A stretch of 64,000 nucleotides of DNA from Tubiluchus corallicola (taxonomy: Eukaryota; Animalia; Priapulida), in NCBI GenBank assembly GCA_030141605.1, contig JAQGDQ010001076.1, forward strand, positions 1-64,000, in the 5' to 3' direction. This document shows, piece by piece, positions 1 through 52,418 of the stretch. A program made the position numbers and the translations under genes. The notes beneath the pieces were generated by a model that saw nothing but the letters and a program-made list of their open reading frames with translations, did not search any database and was not told where the DNA came from. Numbering within the stretch: the stretch's first letter is position 1; every line of letters begins with the position of its first letter.

Positions 1-158
1 GCAGCTGTGATGTTCATAAATTACCGATTAATTTTGCACTTGAGAACCGAAAGCAACTTAATTGCTTACGGAAACCTGCAGCTAGGAAATCTTAGTTTCA
101 TTTAAATTTTGCTTCATGGCTGATGCTTCTTGTTTTGGTTCTAATAATAATAATAATA

Positions 159-189
<31 letters not shown>

Positions 190-317
190 TAGTGATAATA
201 ATCTTTATTTAAAGTCGGCTTTTGGGTCAACAATTAACATTAGCTCAAAGAGCTATTATCGCCGACTGTAAATAACAACCTACAACTATATAACAGAGAC
301 TATTATTACCCCACTTT

Positions 318-452
318 TACCCTAAATACCACGCGTCAGGCAGGGCATCAGCAGGTACCATTTTTAAAGTCTTTAGTATGACCCGGCCGCTGGTTCGAAC
401 TCACGACCTCCCAGACAGAAAGCAGACGCACTACCACTAGACTAAACCGTCT
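318..452 (-). mobile_element. tRNA-derived SINE with MetaSINE-like core
   Basis: Minus strand A-box TAGTCTAGTGG, B-box GTTCGAACC, then GGGTCATACTAAAGACTTTAAAAAATGGTACC, which resembles the Meta core as I recall it. Confidence 0.75.
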
Positions 453-1710
453 GTTTACATATTTGGGGTTAGAATACGGAGCTGTTTTGAATTTTATTTT
501 TAACGCTGTTACAAGGTCATTTCTTAGTTATTTGCGCCAAATTAACGGATTTATTATTAATTTTGTTAATAATCTCAGGTTATGTGTTTAAATATTACAT
601 TCTGTCACTTGCGCATTTTAAATTCTTTATTCCATTCCAGATGTGTTGAAGATTTTTTTCAATTCAATTCAATTCTATTTCAATTTATTTATCTCTTTAT
701 AGTGTTACAATAAAACATGATTAATAAAAGATCAATAAATCGCCAATAAGTTTTGAAGAATGGTTAAAATGTATAAATAGATCTAGAACTAGAGAAAGGA
801 TAGCGAAAAGACTATAAAGTCACCTAGTCTGCTATCCTTTACCGAATATAGATAAAAAGATTTTTTAGACACTGGTGGGCATTAATGTTATCAGTTTAAT
901 TTAGGAAACATTAGTAATTTTTAAAATTATGACATTTTCTTTATAATCCAGAGAAAAGAATATACATGTAGTTTAATTAGCGGGCAACAAAATAAGGTCA
1001 ATCTTGATTAAACTAAAAATAGCATTTAGATTTTATGTGAAATACAGGTCAAAATTGTTATGAAATGATAAAAACACTTTGGGTTAATAATGCTATTAAT
1101 CAACAACAGGAGTTAAATACATTTTGATTTGAGTTCAACTTCATTATTTCTAGGTTTATTGATTAAGAACAAATCTACTGACTTGGACAATAACAATAAA
1201 TAATATAATTCTCAATATACTGATAAGACAAACATTTAGCTATACAGGTTTTTTAGTAATAGTATTTTCATGGTGATTTTTGCACGTAGAGTTTGTTTAT
1301 TGGTGATTTGCTTTTTCTAAACTGTCACTCTTTTGCAAACTTGGTGTATTGATTTCTTTCAGTCAAAGATCTCAATCTGTCGATCACAGTCACTGCAACG
1401 GAGTAGGTAGCATGCACACTGCCGCCTGTCCACTCAGAATGACCAAATCATTCCGTCATCACCCTCACAATAGGCACGGTTCGGTTTCGAGCCATCGTTC
1501 TCGGTATGCTCTCCGTTTTTTTTGTCTAAACATTTGAAATTTAGGGCCCGTCCTGTTTGCCAACTAAGGATCAGTGAAATTAAACATTAGTACAGATATT
1601 CTGTTGATATTGTTTAGTTTAAACATTAAATTATAGGATTGGATCAGACAGTTTGAACAACATGATTTAGGATCCTCACCACAACAGACTTTATACACAC
1701 TATTTACAAA

Positions 1711-2347
1711 AACATTTACAGTAAGAATAGACTATAACTATACAAGCTGACAAGTTTTACTACAAGATTACATTAGATATTAGTAACATTTACAGTAAGA
1801 ATAGACTATAACTACACAAGCTGACAAGTTTCACTACAAGATTACATTAGATATTAGTAACATTTACAGTAAGAATAGACTATAACTACACAAGCTGACA
1901 AGTTTTACTACAAGATTACATTAGACATTAGTAACATTTACAGTAAGAATAGACTATAACTACACAAGCTGACAAGTTTTACTACAAGATTACATTAGAC
2001 ATTAGTAACATTTACAGTAAGAATAGACTATAACTGCACAAGCTGACAAGTTTTACTACAAGATTACATTAGACATTAGTAACATTTACAGTAAGAATAG
2101 ACTATAACTACACAAGCTGACAAGTTTTACTACAAGATTACATTAGACATTAGTAACATTTACAGTAAGAATAGACTATAACTACACAAGCTGACAAGTT
2201 TTACTACAAGATTACATTAGACATTAGTAACATTTCCAGTAAGAATAGACTATAACTACACAAGCTGACAAGTTTTACTACAAGATTACATTAGACATTA
2301 GTAACATTTACAGTAAGAATAGACTATAACTACACAAGCTGACAAGT
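1711..2347. repeat. 74-bp tandem array, about 8.5 copies
   Basis: Unit starting AACATTTACAGTAAGAATAG recurs at 1711, 1785, 1859 and onward. Confidence 0.95.
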
Positions 2348-2363
2348 TAGATAAGTCATCTAC

Positions 2364-39548
<37,185 letters not shown>

Positions 39549-39567
39549 GTGCATCGAAGTTAAGGAA
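39549..39567 (-). promoter_or_regulatory. U12-type (AT-AC class) intron branch point and 3' splice site
   Basis: TTCCTTAAC at 39567-39559, then 10 nt ending in AC directly before the exon; no AG at this position. Confidence 0.9.
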
Positions 39568-42278
39568 AAATACTGAATACAGTAAGACTATAAAGTGTCT
39601 ACAGTGTGTGTAACACTATTTAGGCCTAAATAGTAGCACTGGAGGATAATAAATTACAAGTTCATTCAAAATTTGGTTAACCTACTGCTAGAAGAACGCA
39701 CAAGCTAATAAACCAAATTATTTATTTTTCCCAAAACAAAAAGCAATTATACAAACAACATTCTAAGTAACTTAGAATATATAAGACGTTTTCCGAGACT
39801 GCAATCGACTCAATCATATATAAATCACATAATCGCAATCGGTTATAAAAATAAAAACAATCGTGTGTTAGTAAAGCGAGTCATTATAGGCCTACTTAGA
39901 ATTCTATTACCTGCTAGCCTACTAATTACTATACTATAGTAGTACTAGTAGTGCCAGTTAGCACTAACGGCATACCAGCTAGCTACTGCACCCCCTAACT
40001 CTTTCCTTTATGCATAATTTATCCTTTTTAATTAATAACTAGATCAATAAGTCTACTTGTATTCTGGTGTAAATGAGGAGATAAATAAAATATCTATGTC
40101 TATACTGTTATTCGTTTTAGACAATGATAAAGCAATTATCTAGCGAAAGATTACCTTAAGCCAGCATTTCAAATGAATCAAACTGAAACTACACATATTT
40201 AAGTTTCAACGCGGCGAGAAGAATATTAATTTCTCTTTCGTAGGCGGTTATTGTGACCACCAAAACTGTGACGGACATCTTTCCTTCGCGAAGACGGCAA
40301 AGGACTTGGTTTAAATAGTTTTATTTATCGTACACTTTTTTCAGCTTTCCCTTCAGATACCTTTATAGTTTGTCCCAGCCTCATTTTTGAATCGCAAATT
40401 TTTCTACTACAAAAATTGTTATCACTGTTTTACAATAGTTATTGATTTATGATAGTTCCTCCAGGACTTTGTAACTAATGGTGTATGAAGGAAAAAGCGG
40501 TTTTTGACCAATTTATCATCAAAAACAACACTAGCGTTCTTGTCAGCAGTCTTTGCCACTTTCCAGCATTAGCAGGAAACAATATGGTGACATATACGAC
40601 AAACGTTTAAACTAGTTGTAGATAATCTATTTTTGTACATTGTATTTTACGGTTTGCATTATTTTGCCAAAAACATCATAGAATGATCATGTTAATAATT
40701 ATAATGATCATTTTGCTGTACCCATAGACAATGTCTTATCCCCAGCCTTTAGTAAGCGCGAAGCACGAATAACTAGACTTTAAAGAAAAACGATAGTTCT
40801 GGAAGAATAACTAAAATCATGTCCTAGTAATTAATTCAATAGCATGGCATAGCGCATACAGAGGCTTTTTAATCTGCAACTCATTTTATTCGAATTCATT
40901 TTAATAACTACATCTCAATATTTAAAGGTTTTTAAAGGACCAGTAAAGAACAACCAATCACTTGCATTAATTTACTCATGAAACTCGGGTCAGGATCAAA
41001 TTTATTATTAATCGGGCCAACAAACATTAGATCAATACCTGCAATGATTTATTGTTAGTAATAAATCTTAAATACCATCAGTAATGTTGACACAAATGTA
41101 AGTCTTCGATCTACACAGCATAATAGTTGATCGGTAATAACTGTAGTAACTGGGCTTTCATTAATAGTAAATATAAATATACCAAGAATATTAATATAGT
41201 AAATATTATTAAAAATGCGACAGAAGAAAGATTTTATACTCTTTCGTTTGTCTTTACAACCATCCGACATTGATGTAATTCCTGGATCACGATACGGAAA
41301 AGTCGTGAATCATTCTCTTTATAAACACCATTCTCACGTAAGTCCTTCACCAGGGAATCACTTGTTGAGGAAATATTGCGAGTAATAGTCACAAGATGAT
41401 ATTATGGGCATTATAGTTATACGATTACGATTTAGCAGCTAATGCAAACGCGATCATATCAAACCTAACGAACATCCGTCAACGTGTTAGAATAATGAGA
41501 CTTAAAACGTAGAAGGAAACAAAAATGGCTACATAACCACAATGAGACTTTGCAAAGACAGCAAACACAAAAGGAAAACGACCTCGAAGAATCAGTAAAT
41601 CCTTCCAGCTCTGTTGATAAATGCCATAAATTAGCTGTACGTCTCTTTTATTCGTGGAAAATTTATTCATCAACAGACAATAATAACAATCCCCTTAATT
41701 AAGGGCAAGCGGCCATAAGAGAGACTGGTGGTATTAGGAATCAGATTAAGGTATTTAAAGTAGTTTTAGTGTAATGCACTGTGTGAAGCTTTAGTGTAGC
41801 GCATTGTCTGTTACTTATTTTCATTTTTATGTTATTATTTTGCAGATACTAACTTGCACACAGCAGTTTTGCATAAAGCAGCGTATCACGTTTAATTTTT
41901 ACTGCAAATTAGCAGTAACATTGATGGTTAATCCTCAATGCTTGCACTTTACGGTAAATGGTTAGAAAGAATTCTTTATAAAAGTTTTAAAAAAGAGAAA
42001 ATTTTCACAGACCATTATTTTTTATAATGTTCAAAGTTATTTTTTAGCAAAAATCCGCTTCAGCAGGCCCAACAGCAAAGTGTAATTATATTATTAAAAT
42101 TCTAACCAGAAAAACTGTAAAACTAGGTTGTCATGGCAACAAGAAGCTGTTATAATAGCTTGCATGCGCTAAGCATAAAAAAGATTATGAACTTTCGCGT
42201 CAATTTGTTTTTCTAACCTTTTAGCGATTAATTAACATTAACGGAGATCAACTTTCACAAGTCACGTAAAATGGTTAA

Positions 42279-43245
42279 AGCACAAGTAAACCTTCCACTT
42301 ACATAAACGTTGAAAAATTCGTCTCGAAATTTTATACCACTTACATACTGCCTTCTTTCATGCAGGGCTTGCATCGGCAGTAACGCTGTATAAAACTTGT
42401 AAATTTAACTCCCGCGATGACCAATAGGCGCAGCCGTTTTAATGGTAGGTCGTTTGAAACAAGTTTAGATAACATTAAGTAAAGTTTGAAAAAATAATCA
42501 GAGCATTCGTAGCATACATGTTGCTAACTAAGTGAAATTTTAAATTACTGTATTTTGTCAATAAGATTAAAAATACGTTTTTGGCTAATATATATATATA
42601 TATATACTGTATGTACGATTAAAATCATGTTTACGCCAATTGGTGAAATGTCGCTGACTCATCCTCCAGGGTGCACCACTCATTAGCCAAAAAACGTATT
42701 TTTAATCTTATTGACAAAATACAGTAATATAAATACAAAATATATATATAACCGACGAGGCTACAGATGCAACGACCACACCATTCTCGATGATTTGTAC
42801 GTCAAATGAAAGTCTCCACCCATCGGTTCGGGCCTGGGGGCTTATTTTTTGAATCGGGACCACCAGGAGGAACGGGGGCGAAAAACCTCCAAAAATGGCC
42901 ATATTTGCCCATTTTTTTGCAAAGCTTATACCTCTTATTTCTAGAGAACCGGCTTAGGCCGCGGGTGTCATTATTATTTCTAATAACGTAGGCCTTTCCA
43001 GCAGATAGGCGAAACGCTAAGTAATACAGATTTGCACGGACAAGATTTTTGGGACATAATTTGACATTGTCTTTTCTTCCACTGATTTACGTTGTACGTA
43101 AGTGACGTCATATAATGGCGCGTCGGAACAGTGTTGTGGGAGATATAAAATGAAAACAAACAAAAATTCCTCTTAACGCGAGCGTGATATACGCATAAAA
43201 TTGCTGTAAAATTCAAGGCGATTTTTCTGAAACCCGCTTCAGGTT
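42279..43245 (+). mobile_element. Kolobok-like MITE, rearranged copy
   Basis: TTAA|AGCACAAG start; colinear with 52419-53086 apart from an internal inversion and an insertion. Confidence 0.7.
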
Positions 43246-46029
43246 TTCTTAAGCCGCTGATAACTAATTCTTGAAAGATAAAATTACCTTCTCTGCCACA
43301 GATCGTGCCTTACACACATTGGGACAAAAAATTCTTTAGATAATTTTAGCTGGTTACTTTAAATCGTTTCTCTTCATTATAACATGGACCTATATCTCAT
43401 ACGAGATATCTCATATCTCTACAGATCTCACGAGCGAAAAAGAATTCTGAGTCAGCAAAATTACAGACGTTTAAATAATGTTTATTTGGTGCCTGAGATA
43501 TAATCTTGCCATTTAGTTGCGTATTTGCTACGTAATGCGCAATATTACGCAAGTTATTTCTGTTGTAAAAGCGTTTCACTGTCTAATTAAGCGTTTACGA
43601 TTGGTGCGAAATTGTTGGCAGGCTGTTATGCGAAAAAAATCACGTTTTGCGGGTATGATAACACAGTATGATAACACGTACAGATCAGAGAGACTATCAT
43701 GCATATTTATTAAAGCTATAAAAAACGTAAGCGTTACGAAACTGGAATTTAATGCATAAGAACATACATAGGCATCACAATCTCAAGGAAGCCGTGCTAC
43801 AGGAATACTTGGCTTCATGTCCGTTTCGCGCTCAAAGGACTATTTTATTTTTACTTTGTTTTTGTTTTGCTGATACCAGATGGCAACAGGTGCGGCGCAC
43901 ATGGCTGTGCTTGTCACGTGACACGATTTTTTCTTTAATTATTTTCAGTCATGAAATCGAAAGGGAAACAAATCTGCGCTGTTTTATTTCACTGAAATCC
44001 ATGCACAGCTGCATGCTAGACCAATTTCATTTAGTTATTACAATCAATCATTGCTTACGTCATCGTTCTATTCAAACAATCACGATACTTGCTTTTCTGA
44101 CCGGGCATATTTTTCTTTTTCGTGCTCCAACCTAATACCGACTGTATTGTTTTACAGTAAACTTTCAATTCATACAAGACCTATTTGTCATAATAAAACT
44201 GCGCGAGCGACTATAAAAATATAAATTGCATTTATTTTATTTTATGGCGATTCACATTTTTACTGCAAGCTCTGATTAATGGGCTCTACTGATGACATTT
44301 TTAGCTTTGAAGGTCAGACGCTCCGCTAGAAAATTTCGCCACTAGAAAATTGCTTGTACAATAAAGATTAAATCATCTAATATCAGAAACATGAAGTGAT
44401 AGACTTATATTGCGTTTAGCAACATAATTATACTAGATTACATGGCCGATTGGTCAAGAGTCCCATAGTATTAAGTTCAAGACTAGCGGCTGCCAATGCC
44501 AGGGTAACATACCCTATGTGTGCCGTTTTGTGCAAGTCGCTAAATAGCCGTTAGTCCTAACCAGTGGCGGCTCGTGTATAGGTACTGTAGTACTGCAGCA
44601 CCCCCTGTTTTCACTCACTAACTTTTGGTCAGCACCGTTAAACTGGTGCATTGTATCAATTTCATTCTTTTTTTCCATATACACGTTTTTCTACACTATA
44701 ACCATTGTGAATAACAACTGAACGCATTAAGTATGTTATCAACGAAGTGTGAATCACTTTTATGTTCCCCAATGTTCATTTACTGAGGGCTTCACGTGCC
44801 TGTAAATTATCCTGCAGCCGAGGCAGCTGCAAATGCTGGCTAATCATCCATGCATTCTTGTCGACCGACTGACCAAATAGGTCCTTAACATACGTGTGTG
44901 GCAAACGTAATAATTATATTAACGGCGAAGTCGAGTGAGAGGCATGCGGCTTGGGTTTCCTTCAATCATCACCAAAAGAAAGCCGATTAAATTGAATAGC
45001 TGACGAGAGGCCGATCGATGATTAATTATCTGCTGTACCTATAACGTGTACTGTAACCGGTTGGCTTCGTTGATGAAGCCACCTGTCAAGCTTGGCGAAA
45101 ATTAAATGGTTTCGTTCTTGGCAAAACTTGAGAGTGAAGAGACGTGAGTGTTGCAAATGACGAAGCGTTTTAAAGCATCAAATTATGACAACGATTATGA
45201 CAACAATCTTTACAACATGCAATTATGACGTCATTAAAGCGTCAACATGCAATTATGACGCTTTAGTGACGTCATAATTGCATGTTGTAGTGGGTGCATA
45301 GGCCCTTTTTTGGTTTTAATTTAGTTCTCAATTACTGCCACGGTGCTGCCACCTGTTTGTTTATTTAGTAGGCTTTTTACCTTTTACAGTAGTCACTCTT
45401 TTAAAATTGAAGCACCTAATATCCTTGAATACATTGGCATTTTGGCCTTTCGTGAGCTATAGCTGTAGTAGTTGTACGACATTTTACCCGTCTTTTGATT
45501 CTCTCCGCCATTGCTCTATTTTTCTGACTGTGATGAGCATTATGACCGTAAATTTCTTACGAATTTATTTTTGTGACGTCGCTGTTCTTAAGGCTACTTG
45601 GAATTCTCATTCCTGTCTTTGTAACTGTTAAAGGCTCTAACAACGTAAGTTATTGTTAATTAATTTCAATATAGTCTACATAATTTTTATATCAGTTCTT
45701 AGTTATAGAAATACATTGAATCATGCAACTAATCTTCTTCTATTCAATGCAAATTAAACTAATTGTTAATAATTGTATTTCAGAATAAAGAAACTTTTGG
45801 CCAACACGTTAAACTGGTGTTTTGCATCCATTTCACTCTCTATGTTACTACACGCAGTTGACTGGTTTGGGAAACTTAACGCAGTCAATAGGACAATTCT
45901 ATGAGAGCTTCTTGACCCGCAGAATTACAAAAACGCTGCAATAATAATAGTCCGTATTTAAAGCAAACGACATGAATTCTTGATGCAAAACTTAATGATG
46001 ATTATTGATTAAGAACTTCTAATAAATTA

Positions 46030-46595
46030 ATAAGTTCCAAACTGCCATTTTCATGAACAAATTCTCTCATAAATTATTGCCTCCCTTATTTACTGATTAT
46101 TTTTGTTTGAATGCTGAGATACATAATTACGGCACACGTTATAGGCTGAACTATCACTACATACAGTGCAAGACTAATGTTAGAAAATTTTCTATTAAAT
46201 ACAATTGCCCTTACATATGGAATTCAATTGCTCCAGCTATTAAAAATGCCAACTCGCTGTCCATATTTAAAATAAAAATTATAAATTAAACTTACTTGAA
46301 ACATATAACTGATCACTCAATCATGATTTGTCGTTTTTCATTTTCAAAAACTTCCCCTCTAGTATAATAATATTTTTATTACTTCCCACCCGTATTTACA
46401 TTTGTATATGTTGTAATATTGTATCTGTATATATTGTAATTTTTTTCGTAACTAATTCTAGTGGCCTACCATAAGCTAGCTTCTTAGGTCTCTAGCCCAG
46501 AATTCATGAATTGTATCATATTTTTGTATTATATTTTGATTATCGATGCACATGTAATGTATATGTTTATTGCGAAATAAATCTATTAAATCTAA
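46030..46595 (+). mobile_element. CR1/L2-group LINE 3' end (ORF2 C-terminus and 3' UTR)
   Basis: FMNK...LLPPLFTDYF...HNYGTR...FSIKYNCPYIWNSIAPAIK...FK; UTR hairpin; AATAAA and short-repeat tail. Confidence 0.8.
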
Positions 46596-48255
46596 CTAAT
46601 GCTTATACTTAATGTATGTCAATCTTCTATCATGATTAAATTATTTATGTTCGCACAGTAACCGATACTCGGTGTGGTCTTCAAACACTTCGACGTTTTT
46701 TATGATTTTGGTCCTAGAAAGATTTTTCACATATGGCATAATAATATAGGCCAATGTTAGGGAAATCAAGCGTTAAAAAATCAGGTCACACTAATCTAGT
46801 TAAATTCAACGTTTACGAAGTTTGATGTAAACAAATTTATTCATCGTATCCGCTCGTGTTATTGATCAGCGCCTGTTCACGACTTCAAGAATGCACCATT
46901 GCACCCTTGCACCCTTTCAAGTTGCGCCGTAATGATGTTTTTATAATGATTACTTGATAAACGTGAACAATTAGTAAGATCTCTGGAGATTTCAATTACT
47001 GCTAGATCGATGAGTAAGTTTATCAGCCTTTGCAAATTCTGTTTTATCTAATCAAAACAGAGTTACTGGTTGCACCAAAACTTTACAACATTCCAAAAGC
47101 TAATTGCTCTGGGAGTATGTTGAACTTTTGCCTTTTAACATTCGATAAACGTCATGTGGAAGAAATGATCAGCTGTTGCATTGCAACAACCTTTTCTTCT
47201 TAAACTTTTCCGTGTTTTTACGGACAGTAGACCCGTGTAAATGCTTATTTCACCATGTTTTTTCGTCATCACCTTCTAGAGGACAAGAAAAGGGGTACCC
47301 GAAGTAGGATTCAGAAAAATCGCCTTAAAAATTATACTACTTTAGAACATTTTTATGCATATATCGCGAATGGCGTGAAAAGAAAGTTTTGTTTGTTTTG
47401 TATGAGATATGTACGCCGTTTCGTATGAGATATGATACACGTTATAATGAAGAGAAAAGAATTTAAAATAACTAGCTAAAATTATCTAAAGAATTTTTTG
47501 TCCCAATATATATATGCTTATTGACTGATTAAACGATAGTCGAACATGATATTTTAGTTCAGTCCATAGATCACTACAAGAAAGGACTTTTGATCATATA
47601 ACATGATCATTACTGTCCAAAAACAGCTCAAGGGTTATTTACAAATTCACGATAAACACTTTAGATCACATAACGTGATCATTACTGCCCAAAAATCGCT
47701 AAAGAGTTATTTACAAATTCACAATATGACAATGGGTTTCCATTGATACAAGATTCGCTTTAATATGTGAGTCTCCACGACTGGTTTTAGGGTGCGACCC
47801 TGACTGGGGTTCCAGACCCTGTTGCAGATTATCATAGCGTAAACAGCCCGAAGGAAAGATCCCGTAATATCAACCACGTGTATTGCAATTTTAGCAGAGC
47901 CCAGCCCGTGAAGCCAGACACACTGTATTCACATATCATCGCGTTACCTGCAGCTAATCAATATACATGGTTGAATCCCTAACACGATGATTGATGGGAC
48001 AATGGAACAGTTGCTTCCTGTAACGGCGACTTCGATTTCTTTTCAGCTGAAAGATTATAATCGATCTCACGCAGGTTTCCCTTTCACCCCGCTAATCACT
48101 TCTCAATCGCATCGCCCGAAGAAGCCAGCACTGGCTAATCGGGCTTCATTCGTACTGCCGCTTGTATTCTTCATTTGACTACAGCGCAATCTGACAAAGT
48201 TAAATGAATAATAATATCAAACTGCATTGTTCTGTAATTAGCACCAATCATATAA

Positions 48256-48930
<675 letters not shown>

Positions 48931-49727
48931 ATGTAACAGGTATCTTAAAACATAATCTTTAAATGAGTTCTTAACCTTTAATTTTACATTTTCGTTTAGA
49001 TCTACAGTACAACCATATTTAAATCTTAAATTTACTTGACTGTTATTTACATAGTAGCATAGCTTTGGAATTCTCAATGTGCAAGACTTTGCAATTTTTC
49101 TCACGCGATTTAATTTTCGACTATCTATTAAATAATTCGCAGGCATTGTGCCAAAAAATACATTAACAATTCTACGCTTTCATTTTGTCTAAAACCGAAT
49201 ATTTTTTATAAGCAGTGTTCCATTTTACCCTAATGGCATTAATTTCATTGTTTGAAATGTCCCAAATTTTTAATCCGTATAATAAAATTAGTAGACAATA
49301 TGTATTTATCAGAGTCTTATCTACTATGGCATTACAATTATGGCGATAATGGAGATGTTCTCATATATATGACAGGTATTTTCTCTGCTGATTGTAGAAA
49401 TTGTAAAAGAACATTGTACATCAGAAAAAACTCTTTTGTAAGGAAAGCATTTACTGATTACCACGAAAAATTAATCTATCGACAGTTTTTTGCAGGTCAA
49501 GTGCATTTTCTTGCGCAGCAGAGGAAGTAGAACATCAATCTTTCCTTTTTACTCGATACCATTTGCTCGTAAAGCCTCGTAATTCTTGCTATAAAAACGT
49601 TAGCATAATTAAGCAAATGCAGTCTAGGCTTTTAGGAAAAGCTGTGAATATTAGAACAGCATTCGAAGGTAGATTTCAATTCATAAAACGAGTAGGAAAC
49701 TTGTTAATCAACAAAACTATTGGAGGT

Positions 49728-50213
49728 GTTAGTGATTGATTGGTGATTGATCGTTAGTGATTGATTGTTAGTGATTGATTGTTAGTGATTGATTAGTGAT
49801 TGATCGTTAGTGATTGATTAGTGATTGATCGTTAGTGATTGATTGTTAGTGACTGATTAGTGATTGATCGTTAGTGATTGATTGTTAGTGATTGATTAGT
49901 GATTGATCGTTAGTGATTGATTGTCAGTGATTGATTAGTGATTGATCGTTAGTGATTGATTGTCAGTGATTGATTGTTAGTGATTGATCGTTAGTGATTG
50001 ATTGGTGATTGATCGTTAGTGATTGATTAGTGATTGATTAGTGATTGATCGTTAGTGACTGATTAGTGATTGATCGTTAGTGATTGATTAGTGATTGATC
50101 ATTAGTGATTGATTAGTGATTGATTAGTGATTGATCGTTAGTGATTGATTAGTGATTGATCGTTAGTGATTGATTAGTGATTGATCGTTAGTGATTGATT
50201 GTCAGTGATTGAT
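49728..50213. repeat. 11/14-bp minisatellite GTGATTGAT(CGT)TA
   Basis: Direct inspection. Confidence 0.93.
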
Positions 50214-50387
50214 CACAAAATTCCTTCCAACTAAATTTTCCACGTTTTTTCACTGTAGCAAATCTTTTCATTGTTCTCAGTGATGGACCTGTGCAAGGTT
50301 CAACAGTTTAGTATTCTCCATTTTTTCATGTTTTAAACTTCATTCTAATGTTTTTACGTTTTTCATTTCGACTAGGGTTAAGCTAAA

Positions 50388-51046
50388 ACGCGTGCTTAGA
50401 AACGATTCGAGTGACAACCTGCATGAGCTCGCGTCCTTAGAAACGATTCGCGTGACAACTTGCATGAGCTCGCGTCCTTGAAAACGATTCGAGTGACAAC
50501 CTACATGAGCTCGCGTCCTTAGAAACGATTCGAGTGACAACCTGCATGAGCTCGCGTCCTTAGAAACGATTCGAGTGACAACCTGCATGAGCTCGCATCC
50601 TTAGAAACGATTCAAGTGACAACCTGCATGAGCTCGCGTCCTTAGAAACGATTCGAGTGACAACCTGCATGAGCTCGCGCCCCCAGAAACGATTCAAGTG
50701 ACAACCTGCATGAGTTCGCGCCCTTAGAAACGATTCGAGTGACAACCTGCATGAGCTCGCGTCCTTAGAAACGATTCGAGTGACAACCTGCATGAGCTCG
50801 CGTCCTTAGAAACGATTCGAGTGACAACCAGCATGAGCTCGTGTCCTTAGAAACGATTCGAGTGACAACCTGCATGAGCTCGCATTCTTAGAAACGATTC
50901 GAGTGCCAACTTGCATGAGCTCGCGTCCTTAGAAACGATTCGAGTGACAACCTGCATCAGCTCGCGTCCTTAGAAACGATTCGAGTGACAACTTGCATGA
51001 GCTCGCGTCCTTAGAAACGATTCGAGTGACCACTTGCATCAGCTCG
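50388..51046. repeat. 41-bp minisatellite, about 16 copies
   Basis: Unit CTTAGAAACGATTCGAGTGACAACCTGCATGAGCTCGCGTC. Confidence 0.95.
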
Positions 51047-51294
51047 TACTTTGTGAAACTACCGAAGCATTTAAATTGAGGAGTCAAACCTTCCCTAATC
51101 AGATTAAATTCGCTGAAAAATCGCCATGCACTTTTCATTTCGAGCAGACGGGAAGGTTTATAATTATTAATCATCAGAAGAAGTGTATTTTCCAGGCAAG
51201 CAGGATTCTGTTTATTTGTCAAATTATTGCTCACAGAAACTGTTTGATACAAAGCAATAATAACTTTCAGTGTGTCAGATACGTGAAGTCATGA

Positions 51295-51636
51295 AGTCGC
51301 TGTTTCACCCTCCAGGGTGCACCACTCACCAAAAACGTATTTTTGTCTTTTTGACGAAATACAGTAATTTTAAATTTCACTCAGTTAGCAACATGTATAG
51401 TACGAAAGCTCTGATTATTTTTCAAACTTTACAGAATGTTATCTAAACTTGTTTCAAATGACCTACCTTCAAAATGGCTGCAGCAAACGGTCATCGCGGG
51501 AGTTTAAATTTACATGTTTTATACAGCGTTACTGCCAATTGAAGCCTTGCGTGGAAAAAGGTAGTATGTAAGTGGTATAAAATTTCAAGACGAATTTTTT
51601 AGGCTTTATGTAAGTGGAGGGTTTTCTTGTGCTTTG
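51295..51636 (-). mobile_element. Inverted half copy of the Kolobok-like MITE
   Basis: Reverse complement of the first half of 52419-53086. Confidence 0.75.
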
Positions 51637-51879
51637 AAATCAGATACGTGAAGTCATGATCACTTATATTAATAAATGATTGTTTTTCTTATGAAGCCTT
51701 TATTAGCCCAATATTTTTAACAAGAAAAATTAGAAATTTATGACGCACGTAGAAAAGTTTACCGTAGCCGTAGGCACAGATGTAGTTAGAAATGGCAAAG
51801 GTAATTAGTTTAATTTCAGAATCGGGAATTTCACGATGCCTGTCTATGATAAGCCTTAAAATGTTTTCATATAACATTA

Positions 51880-51956
<77 letters not shown>

Positions 51957-52418
51957 TTATTATTCAACTTTATAATATCCACACATTGTAGTTCCCTTGT
52001 AATTATATTACATTATACAGTGTTGTAAGGAGTTATAATAGATATCTTAAAACATAATCTTTAAATGAGTTCTTAACCTTTAATTTTACATTTTCGTTTG
52101 GATCTACAGTACAACCATATTTAAATCTTAAATTTACTCGACTGTTATTTACATAGTAGCACAGCTTTGGAATTCTCAATGTGCAAGAGTTTACAATTTT
52201 TCTCACAAAATTCAATGCCAATTTTATAGCAACACCAAAAATTCGTTTTTAACAAACATGCCTCAAACTGGCAAGAATTTTTTTTTTAATTGGCATGCTC
52301 TAATACGTTATTAATTGGCTGGATAACTAATTTCATTCTTGCTGCTTGTCCAAGTGTTTTATTTTTCCAGCAGCAAAACGCCTGTTCAAACAGAGTAACG
52401 TATTTTTGACTTTGTTAA

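Noticed and set aside
375-452. tRNA gene
   Set aside because: A and B boxes are present, but I could not close an acceptor stem and the sequence runs into a SINE core.
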